Counted from the first letter of the stretch, positions 36,837 through 47,901 are shown. The stretch: DNA of 64,000 nucleotides from a bacterium (GCA_963675295.2 CAXXKJ010000001.1:160001-224000); one strand, 5' to 3'. A program made the numbers and translations. Notes: generated from the sequence alone by a model not told the origin.

Positions 36837-38591
36837 TTACCGCACCAGCATCAGCTTCCGCGTCAGATTCAGCTGGCCGGGCACCGTCGCCCGCACGAAA
36901 TACAGCCCGCTGGCGAGATGCGTCGCGTCGAACGTGTACGCGTGCAATCCGGCAGACACAGACCCGTTCACCAACTCCGCCACCTGCTGACCGTTCACGT
37001 TGTACACCGCCACCCGCAACTCAGCCGCTTCCGGCAACGCGACCCGCACCGTCGTCATCGCGTTGAACGGGTTCGGTGTGCAATCTAGCGACATGTCACC
37101 ATCAGCCAGAACCGCAAACTCATCGTCGCCTGCGAGATCCGCACCCGGACGAGGGAGTTTCGTCACATCAAACGTGTCCGCGGCAACAACCTGATCCGGC
37201 CACGTGCCCAGGTTGGCGATAAAATAGAACTCGCCAGTCGGCAGGTTGTAGGGGACGTATTGCCTGCGTACCTCTACTCGTTGTTGTCCAGCCGGAAGAA
37301 ACAAATCCGGATGGACGTTGAACGCGCGAACCAGCTCACCGCTGGTGAAACGGATTTCCCCCCATAGGTCAACACTTGCGCCGTCAGCCGTCCGATTCCA
37401 CGCAGACCAATGGAAGACGAGGTTGCTGCCGTTGGGGCGAATGTTCACGGGTAGTTGTTTGGGAGTCACCGAAACGGCGAAGTCAACGTTTGGCAGATTG
37501 TTCTCCCGGACCACCAGCGGCCCGTCCCAGCGTCGCGACTCGACAAACTCCGGATAGCCGTCGCCGGTCAGATCAAATGTGCCCTGCCGGTCAGGCCAAC
37601 TGATCTGATAACAGATCTGATGCTTGCGCAAGTTCCACGTGCCACGGTTTTCCAGCCAGGCACGTCTCGGGATGTCATGGTAGATGTAGGATAGATCGAG
37701 GTCGCCGTCGGCGTCCATGTCCGCCAGCGAGATGTACGGCAGGACTTCATAGTCTTCAACAATGAACAGTTCCCACAATCCGTTGAGCAGCTGGCCGTGC
37801 CAGATCGCCAGGTAATCGTCCGTCGCTGCGGCAACACTGGGTGTGCCGTCACCGGTCAGATCGCCGACACGGACTTGATCCGCGTCGGCACCGTACGCGA
37901 TCGGGTGATGGGTCCAGTCCAGGCCGCCACCGAGATTCTCGAACCAGTTGATCTCGTCATCCCAGTTGACCGCACCGCAGGTGACGATGTCCAGATCGCC
38001 GTCGTCGTCCATGTCGGCGACCTCGAAATCACTTATTCGTGTCATGCCCCAGTCAAACTGGTGCATCACCCAACTGCTGCCCTGGTCGATGTTCTCATGC
38101 CAGATCAGCCCCCCGAGGGTCCAGTCTTCTGTAATCAGGATGTCGATATCGCCGTCATTGTCCAGATCGACGGGCTCGACTTCGGTGGCCGATGGAAACT
38201 CCGGCCCGATTACTTCCATGTCCCACGCCGCCCCATCGCCAAGATTCCAGAACAGGCGAAACTCATGATCGAACTGGGCCTGTGTAATCAGGTCGATGTG
38301 ACCGTCCCCGTTGAAATCCGCGGGACGTACCCGGCGGGCATCGTCAAAGTCATCATCCACGACGTGTTCAACGAACGTCAGCTGATTGTCGAGGTTTTCA
38401 AACCACGCGATGCGGTCGTCATTTCGTGACGCGATCAGCAAATCCATCCGTCCGTCATTGTTGATGTCCGCGCGCTGAATATCAGCGGCGCCATCGTCGT
38501 CTGGACGGATCACATGTTCGTACCACATCGTTTGCGCGAAAGAAGAAGACAGGCACAACAAGCTTAACGCGAGAAAAAGCAGGTATTTCAT
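36837..38591 (-). CDS. FG-GAP/VCBS-repeat protein with Ig adaptor and CTD
   Basis: Repeated AD(I/M)DxDGDxD and WFEN motifs. Ends PNPFNA...RKLMLVR. Confidence 0.85.
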   Translation of the reverse strand: MKYLLFLALSLLCLSSSFAQTMWYEHVIRPDDDGAADIQRADINNDGRMDLLIASRNDDRIAWFENLDNQLTFVEHVVDDDFDDARRVRPADFNGDGHIDLITQAQFDHEFRLFWNLGDGAAWDMEVIGPEFPSATEVEPVDLDNDGDIDILITEDWTLGGLIWHENIDQGSSWVMHQFDWGMTRISDFEVADMDDDGDLDIVTCGAVNWDDEINWFENLGGGLDWTHHPIAYGADADQVRVGDLTGDGTPSVAAATDDYLAIWHGQLLNGLWELFIVEDYEVLPYISLADMDADGDLDLSYIYHDIPRRAWLENRGTWNLRKHQICYQISWPDRQGTFDLTGDGYPEFVESRRWDGPLVVRENNLPNVDFAVSVTPKQLPVNIRPNGSNLVFHWSAWNRTADGASVDLWGEIRFTSGELVRAFNVHPDLFLPAGQQRVEVRRQYVPYNLPTGEFYFIANLGTWPDQVVAADTFDVTKLPRPGADLAGDDEFAVLADGDMSLDCTPNPFNAMTTVRVALPEAAELRVAVYNVNGQQVAELVNGSVSAGLHAYTFDATHLASGLYFVRATVPGQLNLTRKLMLVR

Positions 38592-38714
38592 CAAAACCCC
38601 CATATTGATTTACTACGGTCAGCTATTGGCTGGCCGGGCACGCAAGAAACCCGGACAGCAGATTCGATATATAAATAACAAATCATCGTCTGGGCAAAAG
38701 CGTCGTTATCGTTA

Positions 38715-40493
38715 TTAACGGATCAGCATCACCTTCTGCGTCTGGTTCAGCTGGCCGGGCACCGTCGCCCGCACGAAATACAACCCACTCGCGAGATGCG
38801 CAGCGTCAAAGCTGAATTCATGCAATCCGGCTGGTACCGATTCGTTCACCAACTCCGCCACCTGCTGACCGTTCACGTTGTACACCGCCACCCGTAACTC
38901 GGACGCTTCTGGCAGCGTTACCCGTACTGTCGTCATCGCGTTGAACGGATTCGGCGAACAGTCCAGCGACGCTGCCAACGCGGTTGGTTCGGTGGGTACA
39001 ACGTCAGCGTTCAACGGATCCGTCCACTCTTCACGCTTATTGATGAACAGGGTGTCAGCGGCCAGGATCTGGTCGGGCCAGGTACCGATATTGGCGACGA
39101 AGTAATTGAGTCCGCTCGGCAGGTAGTTCGGAACATACTGCCAGCGAACTTCCGCCCGTTGCCAGCCAGCTGGAATGTCCGTTGCGGGATGCACATTGAA
39201 CGCCCGCAACTGTTCGCCGGACGAACCCCAGATTTCAGCCCAGATATCCAGCGTAACATCCGTATCGGTCTGATTACCGACTGTCCAGCGAAAGCTGAAG
39301 TTGCCACCGCCACGGGAGATGGTGATCGGAAAACCATGCTGGGACCGAACCGTGATGGAATACTCAGAGCCGGAAAGGTTGTTCTCGAAACTCGGAAAGT
39401 AACCGTCATACAACTGGGATGCGACCAGGTCCAACGCGCCATCATTGTTGATGTCGCTCAGCACGTGGTCATTCGCCCAAAGGTACGTGTAGCAGATCTG
39501 ACGCTCACGCCAGGTTCCGTCGGGCCGGAATTCCCACCACGCAAAGGTGTCCGTGTGGCGCAACTTGGACGTGAAATCCAGGTCACCGTCGCCGTCGATA
39601 TCAGCAAAACACATGTTGCTCATGACCGGGCGCGTCCCGACAATCGTGTGGTCCCAAGTGCCATGGGGGTCTTCTGTTTGCCAGTAGACGACTCCGTCGT
39701 CCGTACCGGCAACAATCTCCTGGGTGCCATCGTTGTTGATGTCGTTGACATACAGCTGCGTCGCGAGGCTAAGGCCATAATTTGGTGAGATGGTATGCGT
39801 GGTCCACGTCGTAGCACTGTCCTGATTCTCGATCCAGTCGATTTGATCAGGAATACTGCTCGTCGTATTCACCACGATATCCGGATCGCCGTCCAGGTCC
39901 ACATCCGCAATTGTGTACTGGGACGCGGAGAAATTCATCGTGATGGGGATATGGTGAACGTCGCCGAAGCCCGTGTTGTTCACATTCTCATACCATTCAA
40001 CACGACGAGGAAGGCTCCGCAGCCCGGCGACAAGATCGAGATCTCCGTCCACGTCGATATCAACGAGATGAATCCCCTCAAGGCCTGGGATGTCATCATT
40101 CACGACCACCTTTGTCCAGTCTGATCCCTGTCCCAGGTTGTAATACACGCTGAGATCCTGATCATCACGGCCCCAGGCAGCCAGGTCGGGGTCGCCATCT
40201 CCATCGATATCGCCGAAGGCGGCGTAAGAAGGGTGCTCAATCACATCGTCAATGACATGTTCCTCGAACTCAAATGTGCCATCCAGATTTTCCCACCAAC
40301 TCAACCGGTCCTGCCCGTAATTCGCGCCCACGATATCCGGCCAGCCATCGTCATTCAAGTCAACGGACAACAGGCTGTACAGCCCCACTCGTTCTATGTC
40401 TATTTCACGTGCGTGATGCTGAATCCACTGCGGCTGGCTGAAAACGGTCGAGTAAACGGCAAGCAGGATCGTGGTCAACAGAAAGCGGTTCAT
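38715..40493 (-). CDS. FG-GAP/VCBS-repeat protein with Ig adaptor and CTD, paralog
   Basis: DIDGDGDxD repeats. Ig and CTD are closely similar to those of the 36837 gene. Confidence 0.85.
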   Translation of the reverse strand: MNRFLLTTILLAVYSTVFSQPQWIQHHAREIDIERVGLYSLLSVDLNDDGWPDIVGANYGQDRLSWWENLDGTFEFEEHVIDDVIEHPSYAAFGDIDGDGDPDLAAWGRDDQDLSVYYNLGQGSDWTKVVVNDDIPGLEGIHLVDIDVDGDLDLVAGLRSLPRRVEWYENVNNTGFGDVHHIPITMNFSASQYTIADVDLDGDPDIVVNTTSSIPDQIDWIENQDSATTWTTHTISPNYGLSLATQLYVNDINNDGTQEIVAGTDDGVVYWQTEDPHGTWDHTIVGTRPVMSNMCFADIDGDGDLDFTSKLRHTDTFAWWEFRPDGTWRERQICYTYLWANDHVLSDINNDGALDLVASQLYDGYFPSFENNLSGSEYSITVRSQHGFPITISRGGGNFSFRWTVGNQTDTDVTLDIWAEIWGSSGEQLRAFNVHPATDIPAGWQRAEVRWQYVPNYLPSGLNYFVANIGTWPDQILAADTLFINKREEWTDPLNADVVPTEPTALAASLDCSPNPFNAMTTVRVTLPEASELRVAVYNVNGQQVAELVNESVPAGLHEFSFDAAHLASGLYFVRATVPGQLNQTQKVMLIR

Positions 40494-40725
40494 GATTTCC
40501 CCCAATTGCATATACCGTGGATACCGGAATACCGGATGATAGACTCCAATAAAACTAACCTACTCCCTCCTGGCAGCATGGTCAAGCGTTCCGGTCACGG
40601 CAAGCAATCTCGACCGCTGGAAAGAAAACCGGTTGTTCAACACTCCTAACTTTTCGTATCCTTTACCCCGGTTCTGCATCCAACGACCAGACAGCCGCTC
40701 AAACATCCAACACGGAGAGCCCCCC

Positions 40726-42687
40726 ATGCCCGACGCGAACGACCGTCCCGCTGCCGACATCCACACCTCATCCGCAGACGCCGCCGGCGCACCGCTCGGC
40801 ACCGCCGCCGATACCAGCGAAGTCTTTCACCCCTCCGACGAAGTCATCGCCGCTGCCCACATCAAGGACTGGGAAAAGACCCGTGAGGACGCGCTGAAAG
40901 ACCCCGTCGCGTTCTGGTCGGAACGAGCGCGCGAGCTGGATTGGTACGAGCCGTGGACCAAAGCACTGGACGATTCCGAAGCCCCATTTTACAAGTGGTT
41001 CACCGGTGGCAAGACGAATGTCGTGCTCAACGCTCTCGACCGGCACATGCACACTGCGACGAAGAACAAGATCGCGTTCATCTGGGAAGGCGAGAACGGC
41101 GACCAGCGCACGATGTCCTACTTCCGGCTGCGACAGGAAGTCAACAAATTCGCGAACGTGCTCAAGTCGATGGGGGTGAAGAAGGGCGACCGCGTCACGA
41201 TCTACATGGGCCGGATCATGGAAATCGTGATCGCGATGCTCGCCACGGTCAAGATTGGAGCGGTGCACAGCGTCGTCTACGGCGGCTTTTCCACCGAAGC
41301 GCTCGCGGAACGGATCGAGGACGCCCGCAGCCGTGTCCTGATCACTGCGGACGGCGCGTGGATTCGCGGCAAGACCGTTAAGCTGAAGAACATCGCGGAT
41401 GACGCCGTCGCACGTTCCGGCTACGTCGAACACGTCATCGTCGTCAAACGGACCGGCGAAGATGTCAATATGGAAGCCGCGCGCGACTACTGGTACCACG
41501 ACCTGATGGCGCTGCCGATCGCCAGCCCGGTCTGCGAAACCGAAGTCATGGACGCCGAGGACCCGCTCTTCATCCTCTACACCTCCGGCACCACCGGCCG
41601 CCCGAAAGGCGTGCTGCACACCCACGGCGGCTACCAGGTGACTATCTCGACGACGCTCAAATGGGTGTTCGACATCAAGGACGAAGACCGCTGGTGGTGC
41701 GCCGCCGACCCCGGCTGGATCACCGGCCACAGCTACATCGTTTACGGACCGCTGATTGTTGGCGCGACCAGCTTCCTCTACGAGGGCGCGCCGGACTTCC
41801 CGTACCCCGACCGCTGGTGGAAACTGGTCGAACAGTACGGCATTACCACACTGTACACCGCTCCGACCGCGATTCGTGGGCTGATGCGCTTCGGCGAAAG
41901 CTGGCCGCAACGTCACGACCTCTCCAGCCTGCGTATCCTCGGCACCGTCGGCGAACCGATCAATCCGGAAGCGTGGAAATGGTACCACAAGGTGATCGGC
42001 GGCGACCGTTGCCCGATCATGGACACATGGTGGCAAACCGAAACCGGCGGCCACATGATCACCCCGCTGCCCGTCACCCCGCTCAAGCCGGGGTCCGGCA
42101 CAAAACCGTTCCCGGGCATCGACATGGATGTCGTCCGCGAGGACGGAACCTCCTGCAATCCGAACGAAGAGGGCAAGCTGGTCATCAAGCAGCCGTGGCC
42201 GGGCATGCTGCGCACCGTCTACGGCGACCCGGACCGCTACGTGCAGCAGTACTGGTCCGAGTTCAAGGAACAGGGTTGGTACCTGACAGGCGACAGCGCA
42301 CGCAAGGACGAGGACGGCTACATCTGGATCATCGGCCGCCTCGATGATGTCATCAAGGTTGCGGGCTACCGTCTCGGCACCGCCGAAATCGAGTCGGCGC
42401 TGGTCAGCCATCCGTCGGTGAGTGAAGCGGCTGTGATCGGCGTGCCGGACGAAGTCAAAGGCAACGCAATCCACGCCTTCTGTATCCCGAAGGCGGGCGG
42501 CGCGAAACCGACCGAAGAGGTGCTCAAGAAACACGTGCGTGAGGAAATGGGACCGATCGCCGTCCCCGCGAAAATCGAGCTCGTCGACAAGCTGCCGAAA
42601 ACCCGTTCCGGCAAGATCATGCGACGTGTCCTCCGTGCGAAAGCACTCGGCCAGGATGTCGGCGACCTGAGCACGATGGAGGACTGA
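40726..42687 (+). CDS. acs: Acetyl-CoA synthetase (acetate--CoA ligase)
   Basis: YTSGTTGRPKG, WITGHSY, DTWWQTETGG and PKTRSGKIMRR. Confidence 0.95.
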   Translation: MPDANDRPAADIHTSSADAAGAPLGTAADTSEVFHPSDEVIAAAHIKDWEKTREDALKDPVAFWSERARELDWYEPWTKALDDSEAPFYKWFTGGKTNVVLNALDRHMHTATKNKIAFIWEGENGDQRTMSYFRLRQEVNKFANVLKSMGVKKGDRVTIYMGRIMEIVIAMLATVKIGAVHSVVYGGFSTEALAERIEDARSRVLITADGAWIRGKTVKLKNIADDAVARSGYVEHVIVVKRTGEDVNMEAARDYWYHDLMALPIASPVCETEVMDAEDPLFILYTSGTTGRPKGVLHTHGGYQVTISTTLKWVFDIKDEDRWWCAADPGWITGHSYIVYGPLIVGATSFLYEGAPDFPYPDRWWKLVEQYGITTLYTAPTAIRGLMRFGESWPQRHDLSSLRILGTVGEPINPEAWKWYHKVIGGDRCPIMDTWWQTETGGHMITPLPVTPLKPGSGTKPFPGIDMDVVREDGTSCNPNEEGKLVIKQPWPGMLRTVYGDPDRYVQQYWSEFKEQGWYLTGDSARKDEDGYIWIIGRLDDVIKVAGYRLGTAEIESALVSHPSVSEAAVIGVPDEVKGNAIHAFCIPKAGGAKPTEEVLKKHVREEMGPIAVPAKIELVDKLPKTRSGKIMRRVLRAKALGQDVGDLSTMED

Positions 42688-42821
42688 TCGTCACTCGGTT
42701 CCCGAGACGATTACCTGAATTTCCATGAAAACATTGCCCGGCACCATGCCGGGTTTTATGTTTAGCTCTATCAATGAGACCGTCACAGGAGTTTATCGAC
42801 ATGTGTACTGTGGAGGTTCGC

Positions 42822-45119
42822 ATGACTCGGCCCGAATCAAATCGACACCGCTTGCTGCTCGTTTTCATCCCCTGCCTGCTGTTGTGTTTGCCGCTCATCG
42901 TTTCTGCCCAGACCTGGACTCACTGTGGCCCGCGCACTGGTGGCAAAATCACGATTCAACCACTGCAGGAAGGTGTGGTTTTTCTCACCGGTGACGCCGA
43001 CACCTGGCGTTCCACCGACAGCGGAAACACGTGGACGCTGGTCACGGTTGACGGCTTACCCGGCGGCGTAGCCCTGCAGATTCGGCCACATGTCAGCTCT
43101 CCCGATACGATCTGGGGTCTTGACGATACCGTCTGGGCACAACGGGTCTGGTACCTCAGCACGGACGGCGGCGCTTCCTTCCAAACGGTAGATTACCCGA
43201 TGACGGATAGCGAATGGCATCTGCGGCAGGACCCATTTCAATCGAATCACCTGCTGGCGTTTACCGCGAACCACAGCGGCGATACAACCAGGTTCCGGGA
43301 GAGTTTTGACACCGGCCAGACGTGGAGTGAAATCTGGCGATATCACCTGGATACACCTTTCTACAGCCGCCGTTTGAATGACGTCGAATTCGACCCGCAT
43401 CACCCGAACAGACTGGCTGGGGCCTACAGCTACAACGACTACGTCGGCGATCTGGTGCTGTCGGATGACGGCGGCCACTCGTGGTACGATCCGACCCCGG
43501 ATGACCAGTCCGGCGTGAATGAACGCATCATGTTTCACCCGCTGATCGATGGTCTACTCTACGCGACGGATTGCTGGTCCGAATACAACTATCAGGAACG
43601 CCCATTCTACCAGCAACGCGTATCCACGGATGGAGGCATTACGCTTGATGTTTTCCAGGATCCGTGGCAACCCTCCCTGGCGGGTGCATCCGAGGTTTTC
43701 GTCCTGCCGAACGGATCGATCTATGCGGCGTACAAGACGGGTTTGTACCGCAGCACAGACGGTGATAACTGGACACAACTGCTATCGTCGGATGACGGAA
43801 CGTGGCTGGGCTGGACAGCTGTCTGGGGCACGCGACTGTTTGATGTCGAAATCGCACCGTGGAACGAGGACCTGATCTTTCTCGGTGGCTTCTGCCGGAC
43901 CGCGGACGGCGGCGCGACCTGGGATCTGGTTGGCCCTTCCGACAGCCCGTATGCTGATATCGTGCAAGTAAACATCAGCGAATCCGGAGATCAGATCGTG
44001 GCGGAATTGCCGAATGGCACCGTCTACAGCACGGACCGTGGATTCACGTGGAGTCCCATGTTTTTCATGGGCAACTTCATCTCCATCAACAAGCTGTACC
44101 CGCAGTTCGTCATGGCGAAGCCGACCTGGGGACAGAGCATCTACGACTACGACGGCAACAACTATGTATCCAGCGACGGCGGGCAATCCTGGACAGCGAT
44201 TACAAGTCTGCCCCTGTTCTTTGATTATGAAAATCCCTATCGGCTCTACCGAATTTTCGATACCCTATTTCAAATCAGCATCAATAACGGACAGGACTGG
44301 GACACCGTCAACTATGCGTTCCGCAGTCGACCGCTTACCATCGCCCATGATCTCGACAACACCGATCAGTTGTACATCATGACAATGTCCGGCCTGTTTC
44401 GCTCCGATTACCAGGGCTACACCCCATATCGCTGGAGCGTCTCCCACGAGCGATTCGACAAGCTGACGCTGCAACCGGGCGGCAATCACGCCGGCATCTT
44501 CGACACCTTCTGGGGACAGGAGTACGGGTACTATTCCCATGATAACGGCCACACGGTTGACCACGTCGTCACCCAGCCGAATTCCGTCGGCTACTGCAAA
44601 CCACGCTTTTCCACCAGCGGATTGCTCGTCGTGCCCAACTACTACGGCATCAACGAATCCCACGATGAAGGTGTGACCTGGGTACTCCATGACGACGGGC
44701 ACGGACCGTTCAACCTGCGCCAGGAAACGTGGGATCTGGCTAATGACCGGACCATCGTGATCGAAGCGGACGAAGACACCGGTGGACTGTGGATTGGGCA
44801 GGATATTCTCAGTGTCAAAGACCCGACGGATCCGTCAGATCCCGACTTGCCTGCCGCGTACCTGCTGTTGTCGGCGTACCCCAACCCGTTCAACCCGGAG
44901 CTGACCGTCACTGTCGCCCTGCCCGCGCCGTCCGAGGTTGATGTGCGGATCGTCAACGTCGCCGGGCAGACCGTTGCGACACTGACCCACAGCGAAACCC
45001 TAAGTGCCGGATCGCACAACTTCACCTTCGACGGATCACCCTTCGCCAGCGGGGTTTATTTCGTGCGAGCGGAGATGCCGGGGCAGACTCAATTGCGCAA
45101 AGTGACACTCTTGAAGTGA
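42822..45119 (+). CDS. BNR/Asp-box repeat beta-propeller protein with CTD
   Basis: Many S.DGG.(T/S)W boxes and GGAGG RBS. Ends AYPNPFNP...ASGVYF...KVTLLK. Confidence 0.85.
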   Translation: MTRPESNRHRLLLVFIPCLLLCLPLIVSAQTWTHCGPRTGGKITIQPLQEGVVFLTGDADTWRSTDSGNTWTLVTVDGLPGGVALQIRPHVSSPDTIWGLDDTVWAQRVWYLSTDGGASFQTVDYPMTDSEWHLRQDPFQSNHLLAFTANHSGDTTRFRESFDTGQTWSEIWRYHLDTPFYSRRLNDVEFDPHHPNRLAGAYSYNDYVGDLVLSDDGGHSWYDPTPDDQSGVNERIMFHPLIDGLLYATDCWSEYNYQERPFYQQRVSTDGGITLDVFQDPWQPSLAGASEVFVLPNGSIYAAYKTGLYRSTDGDNWTQLLSSDDGTWLGWTAVWGTRLFDVEIAPWNEDLIFLGGFCRTADGGATWDLVGPSDSPYADIVQVNISESGDQIVAELPNGTVYSTDRGFTWSPMFFMGNFISINKLYPQFVMAKPTWGQSIYDYDGNNYVSSDGGQSWTAITSLPLFFDYENPYRLYRIFDTLFQISINNGQDWDTVNYAFRSRPLTIAHDLDNTDQLYIMTMSGLFRSDYQGYTPYRWSVSHERFDKLTLQPGGNHAGIFDTFWGQEYGYYSHDNGHTVDHVVTQPNSVGYCKPRFSTSGLLVVPNYYGINESHDEGVTWVLHDDGHGPFNLRQETWDLANDRTIVIEADEDTGGLWIGQDILSVKDPTDPSDPDLPAAYLLLSAYPNPFNPELTVTVALPAPSEVDVRIVNVAGQTVATLTHSETLSAGSHNFTFDGSPFASGVYFVRAEMPGQTQLRKVTLLK

Positions 45120-45132
45120 CGCGACAGAACGT

Positions 45133-45253
45133 AAAAGAAGCCAAAGACGCAACGGACGCAAAAGATGCAAAAGAAGTAACAGACAGGAACAGAAAGTAAC
45201 GGATAGGAAAAGACAGGAAAAGACAGGGGACAGCCACACCTCGCGACTGTCCC
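45133..45253 (+). repeat. Purine-rich tandem array (five 9-mers then five 10-mers, consensus AA[AC]AGA[CT]AG[GT]) capped by a GGGACAG..CTGTCCC hairpin
   Basis: aaaagaagc caaagacgc aacggacgc aaaagatgc aaaagaagt aacagacagg aacagaaagt aacggatagg aaaagacagg aaaagacagg. Confidence 0.8.
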
Positions 45254-45278
45254 TGTGAATTGTTGGCCGGTGGATCAT

Positions 45279-45298
45279 CCACGACATGAATGTCGTGG
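45279..45298. repeat. REP-like palindrome
   Basis: CCACGACA-TGAA-TGTCGTGG. Confidence 0.5.
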
Positions 45299-45418
45299 GC
45301 ATATCTATACTTCGAGCGCCGAACCTGCATTGTTTGCCCCGACCAGCTCGCTGGTCGGGATGACCCGCAAGATCTTTACTCGTACCCCGAGCTGGGAATA
45401 CGCAAACCGCAGACCAGC

Positions 45419-47368
45419 CTACCTCACCAGCATCACCTTCCGCACAAGCGTCCCTTCGCTAGGCAGCGTCGCCCGCACGAAATACACTCCGCTCGCCCAT
45501 CCGGACGCGTCCAGCGAGAACGTATGCGTCCCGGCAGAATGTTCACCCTGCGCCAGTGTTGCGACCTGCTGGCCGTTCACGTTGTAAACCGCCACCGTCA
45601 ACTCGCCGCGTTCCGGCAACGCCACCTGCACCGACGCGCGCTCGTTAAACGGGTTCGGATACGCGCTGATCCCGAAGTCCTGCGGCAACGCAGTTACGCC
45701 ATCGTCTTGCGTGGCAGAGGCCGGACTCGGGCCGGGACCGCTGTTGTCCTGCGCATTGAACACCAGCGCGGACGGATACAACGCTGACCGGTACACTTTC
45801 GTGTTTGAGATGTACATCGGGCCTGTCTGGTACATTTCGCCGCCGTTGTTCAAATTGCGGTCGAAACGAGGGAAATTGGACCCATTCACGTACAGCCGGA
45901 TTCGATGTCCCGGCTGAAACGCGATCTGCATGTCCTGCATCGGAATTTCGAGGCAATGAATCGTTCCCGGCCACGCCAGCAGCTCTTCCGTGTAATCGTT
46001 CCGGAACCGCAGCCGCCGGATGCCGTCCGTGATGAATTGCACGCGGCCATCCGGATACACATCCGCGAGAATCACCGACACGTCGGTGTCCATACAGTCG
46101 CTGGAAACGTACAGATCCGCGCGAATCGTGCCCGATATCTCCACCGGTTCATTCAGCACCGGCGTATCATAAACCAGGATATCATCGCCGATCATCAGGT
46201 CGGAAAGGTCGACCGGACCCGCCGGGAGGAAGACCGAATGCGTCCGTCCGCCCGGGGTCCACAACGGCGTTTCCGGATTATACTGGAACGAGTCAACGCC
46301 GGTCGTTTCCGTCGGCATGTGCGGTATCATCACGCCGTCATGAAGGTACAATTCCAGCCGTTCCGCATCGGGAGACGGCCACTCGTCGAGGAACAGGAAT
46401 TCGTTGCTGCCAAGCTCGAAACAGGCGACATCGGGCAGGTAATACGGAATCTCCGGATCGTCACGCAGCCAATGATCGAAGAACCGCATCGCCGCTATTT
46501 CTGATCGTCCACGTGCTTCCGGATACGTCCACTCACCCTGGAACATCTGGCCGGCCGTGTTGTGTGTCCACGGACCAATCAACAATCGGTGTTCGTTTCG
46601 GATCGAGGGATGCGTTTGTTCACGCAAATTGTAGTACGTCTTGATGTTCTGGTCGGCCGTCATGTCCCACCAGCCGGTGATCAACAGGATCGGCACCGTG
46701 ATGTCGCTGGCGTTGTTGCCGGTCATCTGCTCGACATTTTCCCAGAATTGATCGTACAACGGATGGTTTCCCACGATGTACGGAATCGGCTGCCAGTTGG
46801 ACAGCGAGTGGAGGAATTCCGCACGTTTCACCCCGCCGTGATAATATTTGTCGTAGGACGATTCCAGCGGATGGTTCAGCGGCACGCAACAGACCAGGTG
46901 TTCCGGCTGGTACAACGCCGTCAGAAACTGAATCTGGCCCATCGCGGAATTGCCGAAAGTGCCGACGCGACCGTTGCACCACGTCTGGTCCGCAATCCAT
47001 TCAATCGCAATCGCGCCATCCTGGCCATACTGCGGCTGGGGACGTGCAGCATGCGCCGATCCATACATCCCGCGCCAATCCATGATCACGAAGGCGTAGT
47101 CCTCCGTATTCAACGGCACGCCGGTATACCAGTACTTGCTCTTGTTATACGGGGTCTGAATGAAGATGACTGGCAAGGCCTGCGTGGAGTCCGGCGTGTA
47201 CAAATCCGCCGCCAGCCAGGTATTCTCCGGCACCGGAATCTGCAACGGATACCGGACCATCTCCGCGCTGGATGGGGCCGGAAGCAGGAATAACAGAATT
47301 TGCACAACGAGAATTAACAGGATAGGTGTACAACTCGCTGTATTCCAACGTTTTGCGCAATGATCCAC
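45419..47368 (-). CDS. CocE/NonD (peptidase S15)-family hydrolase with CTD
   Basis: LAADLYTP, QTPYNK, DWRGMYGS, WCNGRVGTFGNSAMG, GWWD, GPWTH, SNFPRFDRN, then a YPNPFN CTD. Confidence 0.9.
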   Translation of the reverse strand: MDHCAKRWNTASCTPILLILVVQILLFLLPAPSSAEMVRYPLQIPVPENTWLAADLYTPDSTQALPVIFIQTPYNKSKYWYTGVPLNTEDYAFVIMDWRGMYGSAHAARPQPQYGQDGAIAIEWIADQTWCNGRVGTFGNSAMGQIQFLTALYQPEHLVCCVPLNHPLESSYDKYYHGGVKRAEFLHSLSNWQPIPYIVGNHPLYDQFWENVEQMTGNNASDITVPILLITGWWDMTADQNIKTYYNLREQTHPSIRNEHRLLIGPWTHNTAGQMFQGEWTYPEARGRSEIAAMRFFDHWLRDDPEIPYYLPDVACFELGSNEFLFLDEWPSPDAERLELYLHDGVMIPHMPTETTGVDSFQYNPETPLWTPGGRTHSVFLPAGPVDLSDLMIGDDILVYDTPVLNEPVEISGTIRADLYVSSDCMDTDVSVILADVYPDGRVQFITDGIRRLRFRNDYTEELLAWPGTIHCLEIPMQDMQIAFQPGHRIRLYVNGSNFPRFDRNLNNGGEMYQTGPMYISNTKVYRSALYPSALVFNAQDNSGPGPSPASATQDDGVTALPQDFGISAYPNPFNERASVQVALPERGELTVAVYNVNGQQVATLAQGEHSAGTHTFSLDASGWASGVYFVRATLPSEGTLVRKVMLVR

Positions 47369-47648
47369 GACTGCCCCCGTGCAAACTTATGCAAACCCAT
47401 GTAAAACACTCAGTAATATAGGTTTAAGACTCAGCCCGAGCGCAAGGCCCGACCCCGAGAGCCACCTGTTGACAAGGGTAAGGGACATGCTGCAGGTAAC
47501 ATGTAAGTCGGGAGTATGATTATCAATATACAGGATAATGAGTGTTTTGCGTGTATTGATGATTCAGGTGGGAGAGACAGGGTACTGTCTGGAACGTCAG
47601 TGCCTTCTTGCGCAAAGGGGTCGTATACAAGGGTGTCTTCTACTAGGG

Positions 47649-47762
47649 TGTCATCCTGAACGTAGTGAAGGATCTGGCCGGAACACCCGTACCGGATCAA
47701 CGATGAAACGTTCCCGTAACTTGTACTAGATTCTTCACGTCTCTTCGTTACGTTCAGAATGA
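47649..47762. repeat. Inverted pair of TGTCATCCTGA...GAAGGATCT-type extragenic repeats
   Basis: 47649-47675 TGTCATCCTGAACGTAGTGAAGGATCT. Its reverse complement is at 47728-47762 with a 10-bp insertion. Confidence 0.7.
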
Positions 47763-47770
47763 GCAACCAG

Positions 47771-47796
47771 TTACCACGGACTTAAGTCCGTGGTAA
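47771..47796. repeat. Perfect 26-bp palindrome, REP-like
   Basis: TTACCACGGACTTAAGTCCGTGGTAA. Confidence 0.7.
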
Positions 47797-47810
47797 GAAG
47801 GAATGCAAAA

Positions 47811-47901
47811 CGGGGACACTTTGTCCCTAAAGTGTCCCCGTACTATCTTTGTCTGTCTGTTCCTGTCTTTTACTATCTTTTCCTGTCTGCTCCTGTCTTT
47901 T
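47811..47901 (-). repeat. Six 10-mer units plus GGGGACAC hairpin directly after a CTD stop codon
   Basis: Minus strand reads t-aaaagacagg agcagacagg aaaagatagt aaaagacagg aacagacaga caaagatagt, followed by a 12-bp perfect stem CGGGGACACTTT/AAAGTGTCCCCG. Confidence 0.85.

Noticed and set aside
47420-47520. GC-rich stretch considered as SRP RNA, tRNA or another ncRNA
   Set aside because: No SRP GGAA loop motif, tRNA T-arm or other recognisable signature was found.
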